38,330 nt of DNA. Source: a virus. Shown piece after piece: positions 9,435 to 18,301 of this stretch. Location: UHGV virus genome UHGV-0177677; one strand, given 5' to 3'. A model generated the notes under the pieces. That model was not told where the DNA came from and made no database searches. It worked only from the letters and a program-made list of their open reading frames with translations. A program made the position numbers and the translations under genes. Each line of letters opens with the position of its first letter. Within the stretch, counting starts at the first letter, position 1.

Positions 9435-9577
9435 CGCGCGCTTAGATGAAAACATGCGCTGTTAGACAGAAGATAGTCTTAGACTTGAAAGCACTCCTAT
9501 ACCTGGGTAAGTTATTGGAATACTCCCATTGATCTCCCGAAGACGACCTTGTGTTGCAATTTCAACAGGTAATTAAG

Positions 9578-10684
9578 ATGACAGGAAATGTCCCAGTAGT
9601 ACTTAGTGAAGCAGAAATGAAATCCATTTTGACACTAATCACGAGATTTCCATGGAACGTGGCAAAACCTGTTATTTCAGCTCTTGGATTAGCTCGTGGT
9701 AAAGGTAGAGATGCTACTCATGGAAAAATACTGGAAGAATTAACAGAATTAAAGGAAAAGAATTTAAATAAATTTAATGATATCATAAGGTCTGTAAATA
9801 ATTTGATATTTGGTCAATTGGTCTACGGTGATAAAGCTTTTTTTTGTTTATCAGTAGACAACCAAATAATTTCCTCGCTAACAAAGGCTATGAAATTAAA
9901 GTGGGATTTATCTGAACAGCCTTCTGTCGCCTCAGATGTAATCCTTTCTGAGCAGGAAATTAATGCGTCGGGGAAGAATAAAATAAACTTAGTTCATTAT
10001 TCTGAGAGCAATAATCAGGCTTTAGCTCTATTTAGTTCCGTTAGAGAGCAAAAAATTAGAGAGCGGATTTCGCCTAAAAGTTTACCGCAGTACAGTGGCT
10101 ACGAAGAGATCATTGCTACTAAAAAAGAAAAGCATCAATGTTTTGATGTGTGCATTTTTAATAAGACCAACTCTACTATCTCTATTTTGATAGATGCAGG
10201 TATTAATACAATAGGTGAGAGCGTCTTGTTTGCAAAGAGTACTGTAGTAAGAGAACTTTATAATATTATAGGTGCTGAGTTTGCATCAAAAGAAAGAGAT
10301 TTCTTTCCCTTGATTGAACCAATCTTTAAGCAAGATCAAAAACCATACTCAACTCTTAATTATAAAGTTTTTGAGCTTTCATTCCTTACCCCTGAAGGGA
10401 CAACACATAAGGAAAGGAAAACTGACTCCACTAAAGATTTGAGACAAGATATCTTCAATCAAGAAGGTATTAAAGCCGTAGGCAATATCGGACTTTATAG
10501 GATAGGCATCAGGGTTGAGCGAACAAATCCTTTACTACAGTTAGCGGACAATGTAGAACTTACTATACCAGGAACGCTAAGACGGTACCTTGGTGGAAGC
10601 TCTGGTTCACCAGTGAATTTTGCTATACTTAGTAAATGTATCTCTCGTGATGATTTCGAAACGCTTACGAAGCTGATACTATAG
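9578..10684 (+). CDS. Hypothetical protein, gene 1 of AT-rich three-gene accessory cassette
   Basis: About 368 aa from ATG at 9578 (the track ORF uses GTG at 9551). No recognisable motif. Strongly AT-rich. Confidence 0.6.
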   Translation: MTGNVPVVLSEAEMKSILTLITRFPWNVAKPVISALGLARGKGRDATHGKILEELTELKEKNLNKFNDIIRSVNNLIFGQLVYGDKAFFCLSVDNQIISSLTKAMKLKWDLSEQPSVASDVILSEQEINASGKNKINLVHYSESNNQALALFSSVREQKIRERISPKSLPQYSGYEEIIATKKEKHQCFDVCIFNKTNSTISILIDAGINTIGESVLFAKSTVVRELYNIIGAEFASKERDFFPLIEPIFKQDQKPYSTLNYKVFELSFLTPEGTTHKERKTDSTKDLRQDIFNQEGIKAVGNIGLYRIGIRVERTNPLLQLADNVELTIPGTLRRYLGGSSGSPVNFAILSKCISRDDFETLTKLIL

Positions 10685-10696
10685 CTGGAGACAAAA

Positions 10697-11125
10697 ATGA
10701 AGGATGCTAACTTGGCAAAGACTATACAAGACATATGCTCAGAACGCCCAGAAGTGGGAGTTTTGGCGTGCATGTTTTATGAAAAACTTGCTAAGTTAGC
10801 AGCTCGCTCTCCTAATATATTCATTAGTTATAACCTTTTATTTGATATAGCGATTTCGAATAAGGGGGGCGCTAAAGTGGATGAGCATGATATTTACTTG
10901 GCTATCCAAGTTTTGTGTAATCCAAAAGTTAATTTTTTGAAATTAAACTATCAATTTATAGACGATGGTTTCGATCCAGTTAATATAAGCATTGCGGACG
11001 TGATTGATGCTGAAGATAATCAAGGTTTAGAGCATCCATATACTGGTGAGATTGTGCCAGACTACAAAAAATATGTATTTCCTTTCTTTACAGTTATTAA
11101 TTTCACAAAGGAAGGGGCGTACTAA
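10697..11125 (+). CDS. Hypothetical protein, gene 2 of the accessory cassette
   Basis: 142 aa, RBS ggaga, 12 bp after gene 1. No recognisable motif. Confidence 0.6.
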   Translation: MKDANLAKTIQDICSERPEVGVLACMFYEKLAKLAARSPNIFISYNLLFDIAISNKGGAKVDEHDIYLAIQVLCNPKVNFLKLNYQFIDDGFDPVNISIADVIDAEDNQGLEHPYTGEIVPDYKKYVFPFFTVINFTKEGAY

Positions 11126-11772
11126 TGCTTACAAGTCTGGATGATTTGGAGAAAAACTTTCATTTGCAGAAGGTTCACTTTGCCATTCAAAGGATTCAAT
11201 TTGCGTTGGAGTCCTATTCTAATTTCAACAGTCTTGTTCGAAAGGAGCTGGATTACGCTGTAAGTAAATTAGAGCAAAATGGCAATAAAATTAACTTTGA
11301 TCTCTCTGAAGATCAGTTAACTCTATATTTGCTTTCGTATGTTGAAAATAGATATCTGGGGCTCGAAGCCAGTCACGAGAAGAACCAGAGAGGACATTGT
11401 GATATATCTATTACCCTTGCAGATTATATCTGGCATGGGGAAGCTAAAAAACATTCTTCATATTTATATCTTTTTAAAGGTTATGCACAACTTACCGAGC
11501 GGTATAGTACTGGGACTATAAATAGCTCTTCGGGTGGTTTAATTATTTATACGAAAAACGCTTCCTGTTCTGACATGATGGATTCATGGAAAACATTCTT
11601 ATCAAAGAATGCACCTAGGATTCATGCTTGTAAATCCGTTAATATTATTGATTGCCCAAAAAACCCCTTGGTTTTTTATAGTCAGCACCTTCATACTGTA
11701 AGTAAGCTGGATTATCAAGTTGTGCATTATCCTGTATCATTACATCATAAACCTATAGACCCTGATCTATAG
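11125..11772 (+). CDS. Hypothetical protein with possible PD-(D/E)xK nuclease-like motif, gene 3 of the accessory cassette
   Basis: 215 aa; start overlaps the gene 2 stop (TAATG). Segment GHCDISITLADYIWHGEAKK fits D-x12-E-x-K. Confidence 0.55.
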   Translation: MLTSLDDLEKNFHLQKVHFAIQRIQFALESYSNFNSLVRKELDYAVSKLEQNGNKINFDLSEDQLTLYLLSYVENRYLGLEASHEKNQRGHCDISITLADYIWHGEAKKHSSYLYLFKGYAQLTERYSTGTINSSSGGLIIYTKNASCSDMMDSWKTFLSKNAPRIHACKSVNIIDCPKNPLVFYSQHLHTVSKLDYQVVHYPVSLHHKPIDPDL

Positions 11773-11807
11773 GTTAGCTTTTGCGGGCTTATTCAGCTAT
11801 TTGAGAG

Positions 11808-12848
11808 TTATTGCTCAATTGAGAGCTGATACGCTTCAAAATTTATTACTTTTTCCTCAATCCATTCGTTCAGTTCGCACATACGTTTCTGCAATGGCTG
11901 CAGTTCGTTACGTACAAAAACGCGAGCGGCTTTTTCCACATCCCCAAACCCCCCGACATTATTAGGCATAATCCCCATCATTTGCGGCGGCACGCGATGC
12001 GCTGCCATCATGTCATCCCGACTCACGTTCTTGATGTTAAGAAATTCATCCTTCGCCGCGACTTCTGACAATGGGATGATCTGAAGCCCGTCTTTTTTAC
12101 CGTTAGGCGAGTACATAAACAAGTTGCGGAAGTTGCCTGGACCTTTGGCGCTTTTCATTGCGTTGCGGAGGTTGTTCACATCCTCCTGGTTTTGCGCGGC
12201 ATCGGTCATGTACATGATGAAGCCTGCATGACTACCGTTAATGTAATACTTCCGGCGGAACAGCGTGGCGGACTCGTTGAGCAGAGCGGACGGAATGGCA
12301 GAAAGATAACCGGGCAGGCCGTAGATCTCCTGGTTGATGTCCGGTTCCAACAGATGAAAGATGCTGCCTTTCGTGAACTGATACGGCTGGGTTGTCATAC
12401 CGTATTGCACAAACCAGTAGGTATCCAGGTCTAACCCGCGTCGGGTGTATTTTGCCAGCGCAGGCTCAAGAGCGATGACCTCTCCGAAGCGGTTCGTGCG
12501 TTTTTCCAGGTAGGCGTTACCAAAAACCAGATAGTCCTGTACAAAACGCGAAAAAGCCTGCTGGCTGAGCAGCGGGTGAGGGATGTAGGTGCTGGTCAGA
12601 ATGTTGCATTTCACCGCAATTGGTGAACTGTGATGCACGGCAGCGCGGAAGGTGCGCGCCAGTCCGTCAAAGCTGACAGGAGGCTCATACCAGCGATCTG
12701 TCTGTACGCATTCCACATAGTCCAGCAGTTCGCGGCGGTCAAGTACAGGAACGGGATCACCGAAGCTGAATGCTTCGGCTGAAGTCTGGCTTTTATGCTT
12801 GAGCTGATTCGTCGCCGCAGCGCGGTTTTTCTTACTCTTTCCCATCAA
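11808..12848 (-). CDS. Q: Portal protein (P2 gpQ)
   Basis: 346 aa, MMGKSKKNRAAA... P2 Q-like N-terminus. Adjacent to and overlapping the terminase gene. Confidence 0.9.
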   Translation of the reverse strand: MMGKSKKNRAAATNQLKHKSQTSAEAFSFGDPVPVLDRRELLDYVECVQTDRWYEPPVSFDGLARTFRAAVHHSSPIAVKCNILTSTYIPHPLLSQQAFSRFVQDYLVFGNAYLEKRTNRFGEVIALEPALAKYTRRGLDLDTYWFVQYGMTTQPYQFTKGSIFHLLEPDINQEIYGLPGYLSAIPSALLNESATLFRRKYYINGSHAGFIMYMTDAAQNQEDVNNLRNAMKSAKGPGNFRNLFMYSPNGKKDGLQIIPLSEVAAKDEFLNIKNVSRDDMMAAHRVPPQMMGIMPNNVGGFGDVEKAARVFVRNELQPLQKRMCELNEWIEEKVINFEAYQLSIEQ

Positions 12849-14611
12849 AAAATCTCCACAATATTGCTGGTATTGGCGGACTCGCCCTGCAGCGGTTCGT
12901 TAAACAGTGCGTGCATCGTTGCCCAGGCCAGATCGGCGTGGCTGGCTTCTTCGCTGCGGCTGGCTTCATAGGTCGGGCGGTTGCCACTGGCGGTGGTGGC
13001 GCGACGGATTGCCATAAATGACTGCGCTATGTCGGTGTGTCCGGCGTCAAACTCCAGACGACGGTGACTGATAATGTCGTAGGCTTTGAGTACCAGTGCG
13101 TTTTTAACGTTGGGGTTGTAGACAAACTCCCGGACGGCAGGAAAGAACGCTTTCACGTTCTCGTAAACCCCGTGACCGACACCTGTTGAGTCGATGCCGA
13201 TATAGGTCACGTTGTACTGTTCGGTCAGTTTTTTGATGGCGTCAGCCTGGGCGCGGAAGTCCATCCCGCGCCACTGGTGACGCTCAAGAATGCGAAACTT
13301 ACCGCCTGGCACGGCTGGCGGTGCCACCACCACGCATCCGGCGCTGTCGCCGTTCTGCGTACCTTTCGCCGGGTCATAACCGATCCACACTTCGCGCCAG
13401 CCAAACGGGCGCAGTGCCAGTGCATGAAAGTCGGTCCAGACTTCCCAGCTGTCCACCATGCACGCCTGCAGCTCGCTGAGCGGAAACACGGACGCGAGAT
13501 CGTCCACGAACTCGCACATCAGCAGGTTCTGGTATTCGTCCGGGCTGTACTCCATGCGCAACTGGTCAAGGTCGAACAGGTTGCAGCCGCCGCGCACCGC
13601 ATCTTCCACGGTGACTATCTGGCGGTATTGCCCGTCTGCGCACAGCAGGCCGGGGGCCAGATTGCTGTGGGACAGGTCGATGTCCACCTTATCGGCTTTG
13701 TTGCGCCCACGGTTGAACAGCGCACCGGACCAGAACGGATAAGCACTGTGTGTCAGACTGGATGGCGTGGAAAAATAGGTCTGTCGCCATTTTTTGTGAA
13801 TAGCCATACCGGAAGCCACTTTGCGCAGCTCCTGGAATTTCGGTATCCAGAAATATTCATCCAGATACAGGTTGCCGTGGTAACTCTGGGCCGTGCGGGC
13901 ATTGGTGCCGAGGAAGTAAAGCGTGGCCCCGTTGGGAAGCACCATCGGATCGCCTTTCAGTTCCACATCCACTTCTTTGGCGAAGTCGATGATGTACTGC
14001 TTAAAGACGTGGGCCTGTGCCTTGCTGGCGGAAAGGAAAATCTGGTTACGTTCGGTAAGCAGGGCGTCAATCAGGGCTTCACGGGCAAAGTAAAAGGTCG
14101 CGCCGATCTGGCGTGACTTCAGCAGGTTGCGGATGCGGTTGGTTTTTCCGGCTTCCCACCAGTGGCGCTGGTAGTTGAACATGGAGGAATGGAAGATTTC
14201 TTCCAGCTTCTCAATCTGTTCATCGGTGAAGACATTCTTTTCCGGCTGGCGGCGCGGGCCTTTGTTGCGGTTGGCGACGTTAGGGTTTAAGTCAGCTTCG
14301 TTGCCGCCATTGTTAAACTTGCCGATCCGCGCGTGGCGCTCAGACTGGCGCGCCAGCAGGTCAATCTCTTTGAAATCTTTCCCTTCTTTGTGCTCCTTCA
14401 TAATGAGCTGGCAGTAGCGTGCGGCGGTGGTGAGCTGCATCTGATCCAGCGGCCCATAGTCACCCCACTTGTCGCGTTTTTTCCAGCTGTGAACGGTTGC
14501 AACTTTCTCGCCCAGCATTTCAGCAATGCGGGCAACGCGGTATCCCTGAAAGTACAGCAGCATGGCCTGCCGACGGGGATCGAGATCTGCGGGTGTCAGT
14601 GTGGTGTTCAT
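12845..14611 (-). CDS. P: Terminase large (ATPase) subunit (P2 gpP)
   Basis: 588 aa, P2 gpP-like length and position, divergent from O. Confidence 0.9.
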   Translation of the reverse strand: MNTTLTPADLDPRRQAMLLYFQGYRVARIAEMLGEKVATVHSWKKRDKWGDYGPLDQMQLTTAARYCQLIMKEHKEGKDFKEIDLLARQSERHARIGKFNNGGNEADLNPNVANRNKGPRRQPEKNVFTDEQIEKLEEIFHSSMFNYQRHWWEAGKTNRIRNLLKSRQIGATFYFAREALIDALLTERNQIFLSASKAQAHVFKQYIIDFAKEVDVELKGDPMVLPNGATLYFLGTNARTAQSYHGNLYLDEYFWIPKFQELRKVASGMAIHKKWRQTYFSTPSSLTHSAYPFWSGALFNRGRNKADKVDIDLSHSNLAPGLLCADGQYRQIVTVEDAVRGGCNLFDLDQLRMEYSPDEYQNLLMCEFVDDLASVFPLSELQACMVDSWEVWTDFHALALRPFGWREVWIGYDPAKGTQNGDSAGCVVVAPPAVPGGKFRILERHQWRGMDFRAQADAIKKLTEQYNVTYIGIDSTGVGHGVYENVKAFFPAVREFVYNPNVKNALVLKAYDIISHRRLEFDAGHTDIAQSFMAIRRATTASGNRPTYEASRSEEASHADLAWATMHALFNEPLQGESANTSNIVEIF

Positions 14612-14657
14612 GGCACAAACCTACAGCCTTGAATGAAGGCTTTCCCCGCCTGCGGTT

Positions 14658-14675
14658 TGTGTGGTTGTCGGTACA
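14658..14675. promoter_or_regulatory. Late-promoter activator site TGT-N12-ACA (Ogr-type) in the P/O divergent region
   Basis: TGTgtggttgtcggtACA, centred about 55 bp upstream of the P start codon. A second, imperfect TGT-N12-ATC lies about 58 bp upstream of O. Confidence 0.55.
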
Positions 14676-14753
14676 AATACCCCGCATTGTTTCACTGCCC
14701 CTATCACCGCAACCATAAGGCTCCAGTAAGTTTTTTCTAACGGAGCACGGCTC

Positions 14754-15587
14754 ATGACAGTGAAAGCAAAGCGTTTTCGCATCGGGGTGGAAGGTGCCAC
14801 CACCGACGGGCGCGAAATCCAGCGTGAATGGCTGGAACAGATGGCAGCCAGCTACAACCCGGCGGTGTATACCGCGCTGATTAACCTTGAGCACATCAAG
14901 TCTTATCTGCCGGACAGCACCTTTAACCGCTACGGCAAGGTGACGGCGCTGTTTGCTGAAGAAATCACGGAAGGTCCGCTGGCAGGCAAGATGGCGCTGT
15001 ATGCCGACGTTGAGCCAACGGAGTCCCTGGTGGAACTGGTGAAAAAAGGCCAGAAATTATTCACCTCTATGGAAGTCAGCCCGAAGTTCGCTGATACGGG
15101 CAAAGCCTACCTGGTCGGCCTGGCTGCCACTGATGACCCTGCCAGTCTGGGTACGGAAATGCTGACATTCAGCGCCAGTGCAGCCCATAACCCGCTGGCA
15201 AACCGCAAGCAGAATCCTGCCAATCTCTTTACCGCTGCAGAGGAAACGGTGATCGAACTGGAAGAAGTCCAGGACGACAAACCGTCCCTGTTTGCCCGCG
15301 TCACGGCGCTGTTTACCAAAAAAGAACAGTCCGATGACGCCCGGTTCTCTGATGTGCATAAGGCCGTGGAGCTGGTCGCCACTGAGCAGCAGAACCTGAG
15401 CGCACGCACCGAAAAATCCCTGTCTGAGCAGGAAGAACGCCTGTCTGAGCTGGAGACTGCCCTGCAGGCACAGCAAACCGCCTTTAACGAACTGGTGGAC
15501 AAGCTGAGTCATGAAGACAGTCGCCAGGACTACCGCCAGCGTGCAACAGGCGGTAACGCCCCCGCTGACACTCTGACCAATTGCTGA
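14754..15587 (+). CDS. O: Capsid scaffolding protein (P2 gpO)
   Basis: 277 aa with P2 gpO-like motifs (FRIGVEG.T.DGR, INLEH, YLVGLA.TDDPASLGTE, ATGG...TNC end). Confidence 0.9.
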   Translation: MTVKAKRFRIGVEGATTDGREIQREWLEQMAASYNPAVYTALINLEHIKSYLPDSTFNRYGKVTALFAEEITEGPLAGKMALYADVEPTESLVELVKKGQKLFTSMEVSPKFADTGKAYLVGLAATDDPASLGTEMLTFSASAAHNPLANRKQNPANLFTAAEETVIELEEVQDDKPSLFARVTALFTKKEQSDDARFSDVHKAVELVATEQQNLSARTEKSLSEQEERLSELETALQAQQTAFNELVDKLSHEDSRQDYRQRATGGNAPADTLTNC

Positions 15588-15603
15588 TGGAGCACAAAAC
15601 CCG

Positions 15604-16662
15604 ATGAAGAAGAATACCCGCTTTGCTTTTAACGCTTACCTGCAGCAGCTGGCGCGTCTGAACGGTGTGGCAGTTGAAGAACTGTCCAGCAAGTTCACCG
15701 TGGAGCCGTCTGTGCAGCAGACGCTGGAAGACCAGATCCAGCAGTCCGCCGCTTTCCTGACGCTGATTAACGTCACGCCAGTGACTGAGCAGTCCGGTCA
15801 GCTGCTGGGGCTGGGAGTTGGCAGCACCATTGCCGGAACCACTGACACCACCGCGAAAGAGCGTGAACCTGTCGATCCGACGCTGATGGTCGATGTGGAA
15901 TATAAATGCGAGCAGACCAACTTTGACACGGTGCTGACCTACGCGAAGCTGGACCTGTGGGCGAAGTTTCAGGATTTCCAGGTGCGCATCCGTGACGCCA
16001 TCGTGAAACGTCAGGCTCTGGACCGCATCATGATCGGCTTTAACGGCGTGAAGCGTGCGAAAACCTCCAACCGTAGCGAAAACCCGCTGCTGCAGGATGT
16101 GAACAAAGGCTGGCTGCAGAAAATCCGTGAAGATGCACCGGATCACGTCATGGGCAGCACCACCACGGGCGGTGAAACCACACCGGGTGCGGTGAAAGTC
16201 GGGAAAGGTGGCGAATATGCCAACCTGGACGCCGTGGTGATGGATGCCGTCAATGAGCTTATCGATGTGGTCTACCAGGACGATGACGATCTGGTGGTGA
16301 TTTGCGGTCGTGAACTGCTGTCTGACAAGTATTTCCCGCTGGTCAACAAAGAGCAGGAAAACAGTGAAAAACTGGCTGCCGATATGATCATCAGTCAGAA
16401 ACGCATGGGTGGCCTGCAGGCCGTGCGTGCGCCGTTCTTCCCGCCGAATGCACTGCTGATCACCCGTCTGGATAACCTGTCCATCTACTGGCAGGAAGAC
16501 ACCCGCCGCCGCTCAGTTATCGACAACCCGAAACGTGACCGGATTGAAAACTTTGAATCCGTTAACGAAGCCTATGTGGTTGAGGACTACCGCTGCGCCG
16601 CACTGGTGGAAAACATCCAGATTGGCGACTTCAGCGCCGCCGCAGCAGAAACCGGAGCGTAA
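15604..16662 (+). CDS. N: Major capsid protein (P2 gpN)
   Basis: 352 aa, position and P2 N-like sequence. Confidence 0.9.
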   Translation: MKKNTRFAFNAYLQQLARLNGVAVEELSSKFTVEPSVQQTLEDQIQQSAAFLTLINVTPVTEQSGQLLGLGVGSTIAGTTDTTAKEREPVDPTLMVDVEYKCEQTNFDTVLTYAKLDLWAKFQDFQVRIRDAIVKRQALDRIMIGFNGVKRAKTSNRSENPLLQDVNKGWLQKIREDAPDHVMGSTTTGGETTPGAVKVGKGGEYANLDAVVMDAVNELIDVVYQDDDDLVVICGRELLSDKYFPLVNKEQENSEKLAADMIISQKRMGGLQAVRAPFFPPNALLITRLDNLSIYWQEDTRRRSVIDNPKRDRIENFESVNEAYVVEDYRCAALVENIQIGDFSAAAAETGA

Positions 16663-16665
16663 TCC

Positions 16666-17316
16666 ATGAGCCTGAGTCCCGCACGGCAGCATCGCCTGCG
16701 CGTTCAGGCTGAACAGGCCGCCCGTGAGGGCGGCAGTGTTCGCCACGTGTCGGGCTATGACCTGATGCTGCTGCAACTGGCGGAAGACCGCCGCCGTCTC
16801 AAGGGCGTTCAGTCCACGGTGAAAAAAGCGGAAATAAAGGTGGAGCTGCTGCCGAAATATGCCGCCTGGGCGGAGGGCGTTCTGGCTGCCGGAGGCGCTC
16901 AACAGGATGACGTGCTGATGTACGTGATGCTGTGGCGCATTGATGCCGGAGATTATGCCGGGGCGCTGGAGATCGGGCGTCATGCCCTGCGTCATGGCTG
17001 GGTGATGCCGCTGGGTAACCGCAACGTGCAGACCGTGCTGGCAGAGGAAATGGCAGACGCGGCGCAGAGCGCAATGCTTGCTGCCACCGGCTTTGATGCC
17101 GATCTGTTGCTGCAGACGCTGGAGCTGACAGACGGTCTGGATATGCCGGATCAGTCACGGGCGCGTCTGCATAAAGCGATTGGCGCGGTCCTGAGTGAAG
17201 GCAATCCGGCGTCTGCCCTTAATCATCTCAACCATGCGTTACAGCTCGATCCCCGCTGTGGCGTGAAAAAAGACAAACAGCAGCTGGAGCGCAGACTGCG
17301 CAATGACAGCCGCTGA
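16666..17316 (+). CDS. M: Terminase small/endonuclease subunit (P2 gpM)
   Basis: 216 aa, follows N as in P2. Confidence 0.8.
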   Translation: MSLSPARQHRLRVQAEQAAREGGSVRHVSGYDLMLLQLAEDRRRLKGVQSTVKKAEIKVELLPKYAAWAEGVLAAGGAQQDDVLMYVMLWRIDAGDYAGALEIGRHALRHGWVMPLGNRNVQTVLAEEMADAAQSAMLAATGFDADLLLQTLELTDGLDMPDQSRARLHKAIGAVLSEGNPASALNHLNHALQLDPRCGVKKDKQQLERRLRNDSR

Positions 17317-17411
17317 CAGAACGTGCCCCCGCGCACGGGCGGCACGGGGTGGCGAAAGGCACTGCCACATCAAAACCCCGTCCACCGCCCTCTATTTCAG
17401 GAGAAAGCAGC

Positions 17412-17876
17412 ATGAAGTTTGTTGCGCCAGAACAGGCACCGGAACAGGCGGAAATCATCAGAAATACGCCGTTCTGGCCTGATGTGGACCTGTCGGAGTT
17501 TCGCAGTGTCATGCGCACTGACGGCACGGTGACGCAGCCGCGTTTAAAGCAGGTTGCGCTGTCGGCAATTTCGGAGGTCAACGCAGAGCTGTATGAGTTT
17601 CGCAGACGCCAGCAGATGCTGGGGTATGCCTCGCTGGCAGAAGTCCCGGCGGAACAACTGGACGGCAAAAGCGAGCGCATTCAGCACTATTTCAACGCGG
17701 TTTACTGCTGGGCACGCGCCATGCTCAACGAACGTTACCAGGACTATGACGCCACGGCATCCGGTGCGAAGCGAGGCGAGGAACTGGCGGAAGCAAGCGG
17801 TGATTTATGGCGTGACGCCCGCTGGGCCATCAGCCGGGTGCAGGATGCGCCGCACTGCACAGTGGAGCTTATCTGA
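17412..17876 (+). CDS. L: Head completion protein (P2 gpL)
   Basis: ATG at 17412 with RBS caggagaaag (the track ORF extends upstream to 17349). PFWPD.DL.EFR motif as in P2 L. Confidence 0.8.
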   Translation: MKFVAPEQAPEQAEIIRNTPFWPDVDLSEFRSVMRTDGTVTQPRLKQVALSAISEVNAELYEFRRRQQMLGYASLAEVPAEQLDGKSERIQHYFNAVYCWARAMLNERYQDYDATASGAKRGEELAEASGDLWRDARWAISRVQDAPHCTVELI

Positions 17877-18082
17877 TGAAAGTGCGTGCGCATCAGTATG
17901 ACACGGTGGACGCACTTTGCTGGCGTCATTACAGGCGCACGCAGGGTGTCACGGAGCAGGTACTGAAGGCAAATCCGGGGCTTGCCGAATACGGCCCCTT
18001 TTTACCTCACGGGCTGCAGGTGGAGCTGCCGGACATTCCGACCACCACCACCACCGTGCAGACCGTCCAGCTATGGGACTGA
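17876..18082 (+). CDS. X: Tail protein X (P2 gpX)
   Basis: 68 aa, closely resembles P2 X (DT.DA.C.R.Y.RT.GV.E.VL.ANPGLAE...LPHG..VELPD). Confidence 0.85.
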   Translation: MKVRAHQYDTVDALCWRHYRRTQGVTEQVLKANPGLAEYGPFLPHGLQVELPDIPTTTTTVQTVQLWD

Positions 18083-18085
18083 ATT

Positions 18086-18301
18086 ATGACGCTTGAGCGA
18101 ATCAGCGCCTTTATCACGTATTGCATCGCCGTCGTGCTGGCCTGGCTGGGCGATTTGTCCATCAAGGATGCCTCAACGCTGGGCGGCCTGATGATTGGTG
18201 TGCTGATGCTGGCTATCAACTGGTACTACAAACATAAAGCCTACCAGCTTCTGCGCGACGGGCAGATCTCGCGGGAGGACTATGAATCCATCAATCGTTA
18301 A
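18086..18301 (+). CDS. Holin, pinholin-like (two TMDs)
   Basis: 71 aa with two hydrophobic segments and a charged C-terminus, immediately upstream of the endolysin. Confidence 0.7.
   Translation: MTLERISAFITYCIAVVLAWLGDLSIKDASTLGGLMIGVLMLAINWYYKHKAYQLLRDGQISREDYESINR

Noticed and set aside
8056-9550. P2 old or tin homologues in the A-to-cos accessory slot
   Set aside because: The ORFs here are too small and show neither the ATPase/TOPRIM features expected of Old nor anything I recognise as Tin; the slot holds the LexA-controlled pair and a secreted protein instead.
13277-14116. 279-aa plus-strand ORF inside the terminase large-subunit gene
   Set aside because: Lies entirely antisense to the well-supported gpP CDS, with no RBS or recognisable motif; a typical spurious long ORF in GC-rich coding DNA.
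15484-16146. 220-aa minus-strand ORF overlapping the major capsid gene
   Set aside because: Antisense to gpN and incompatible with conserved P2 gene order; judged spurious.
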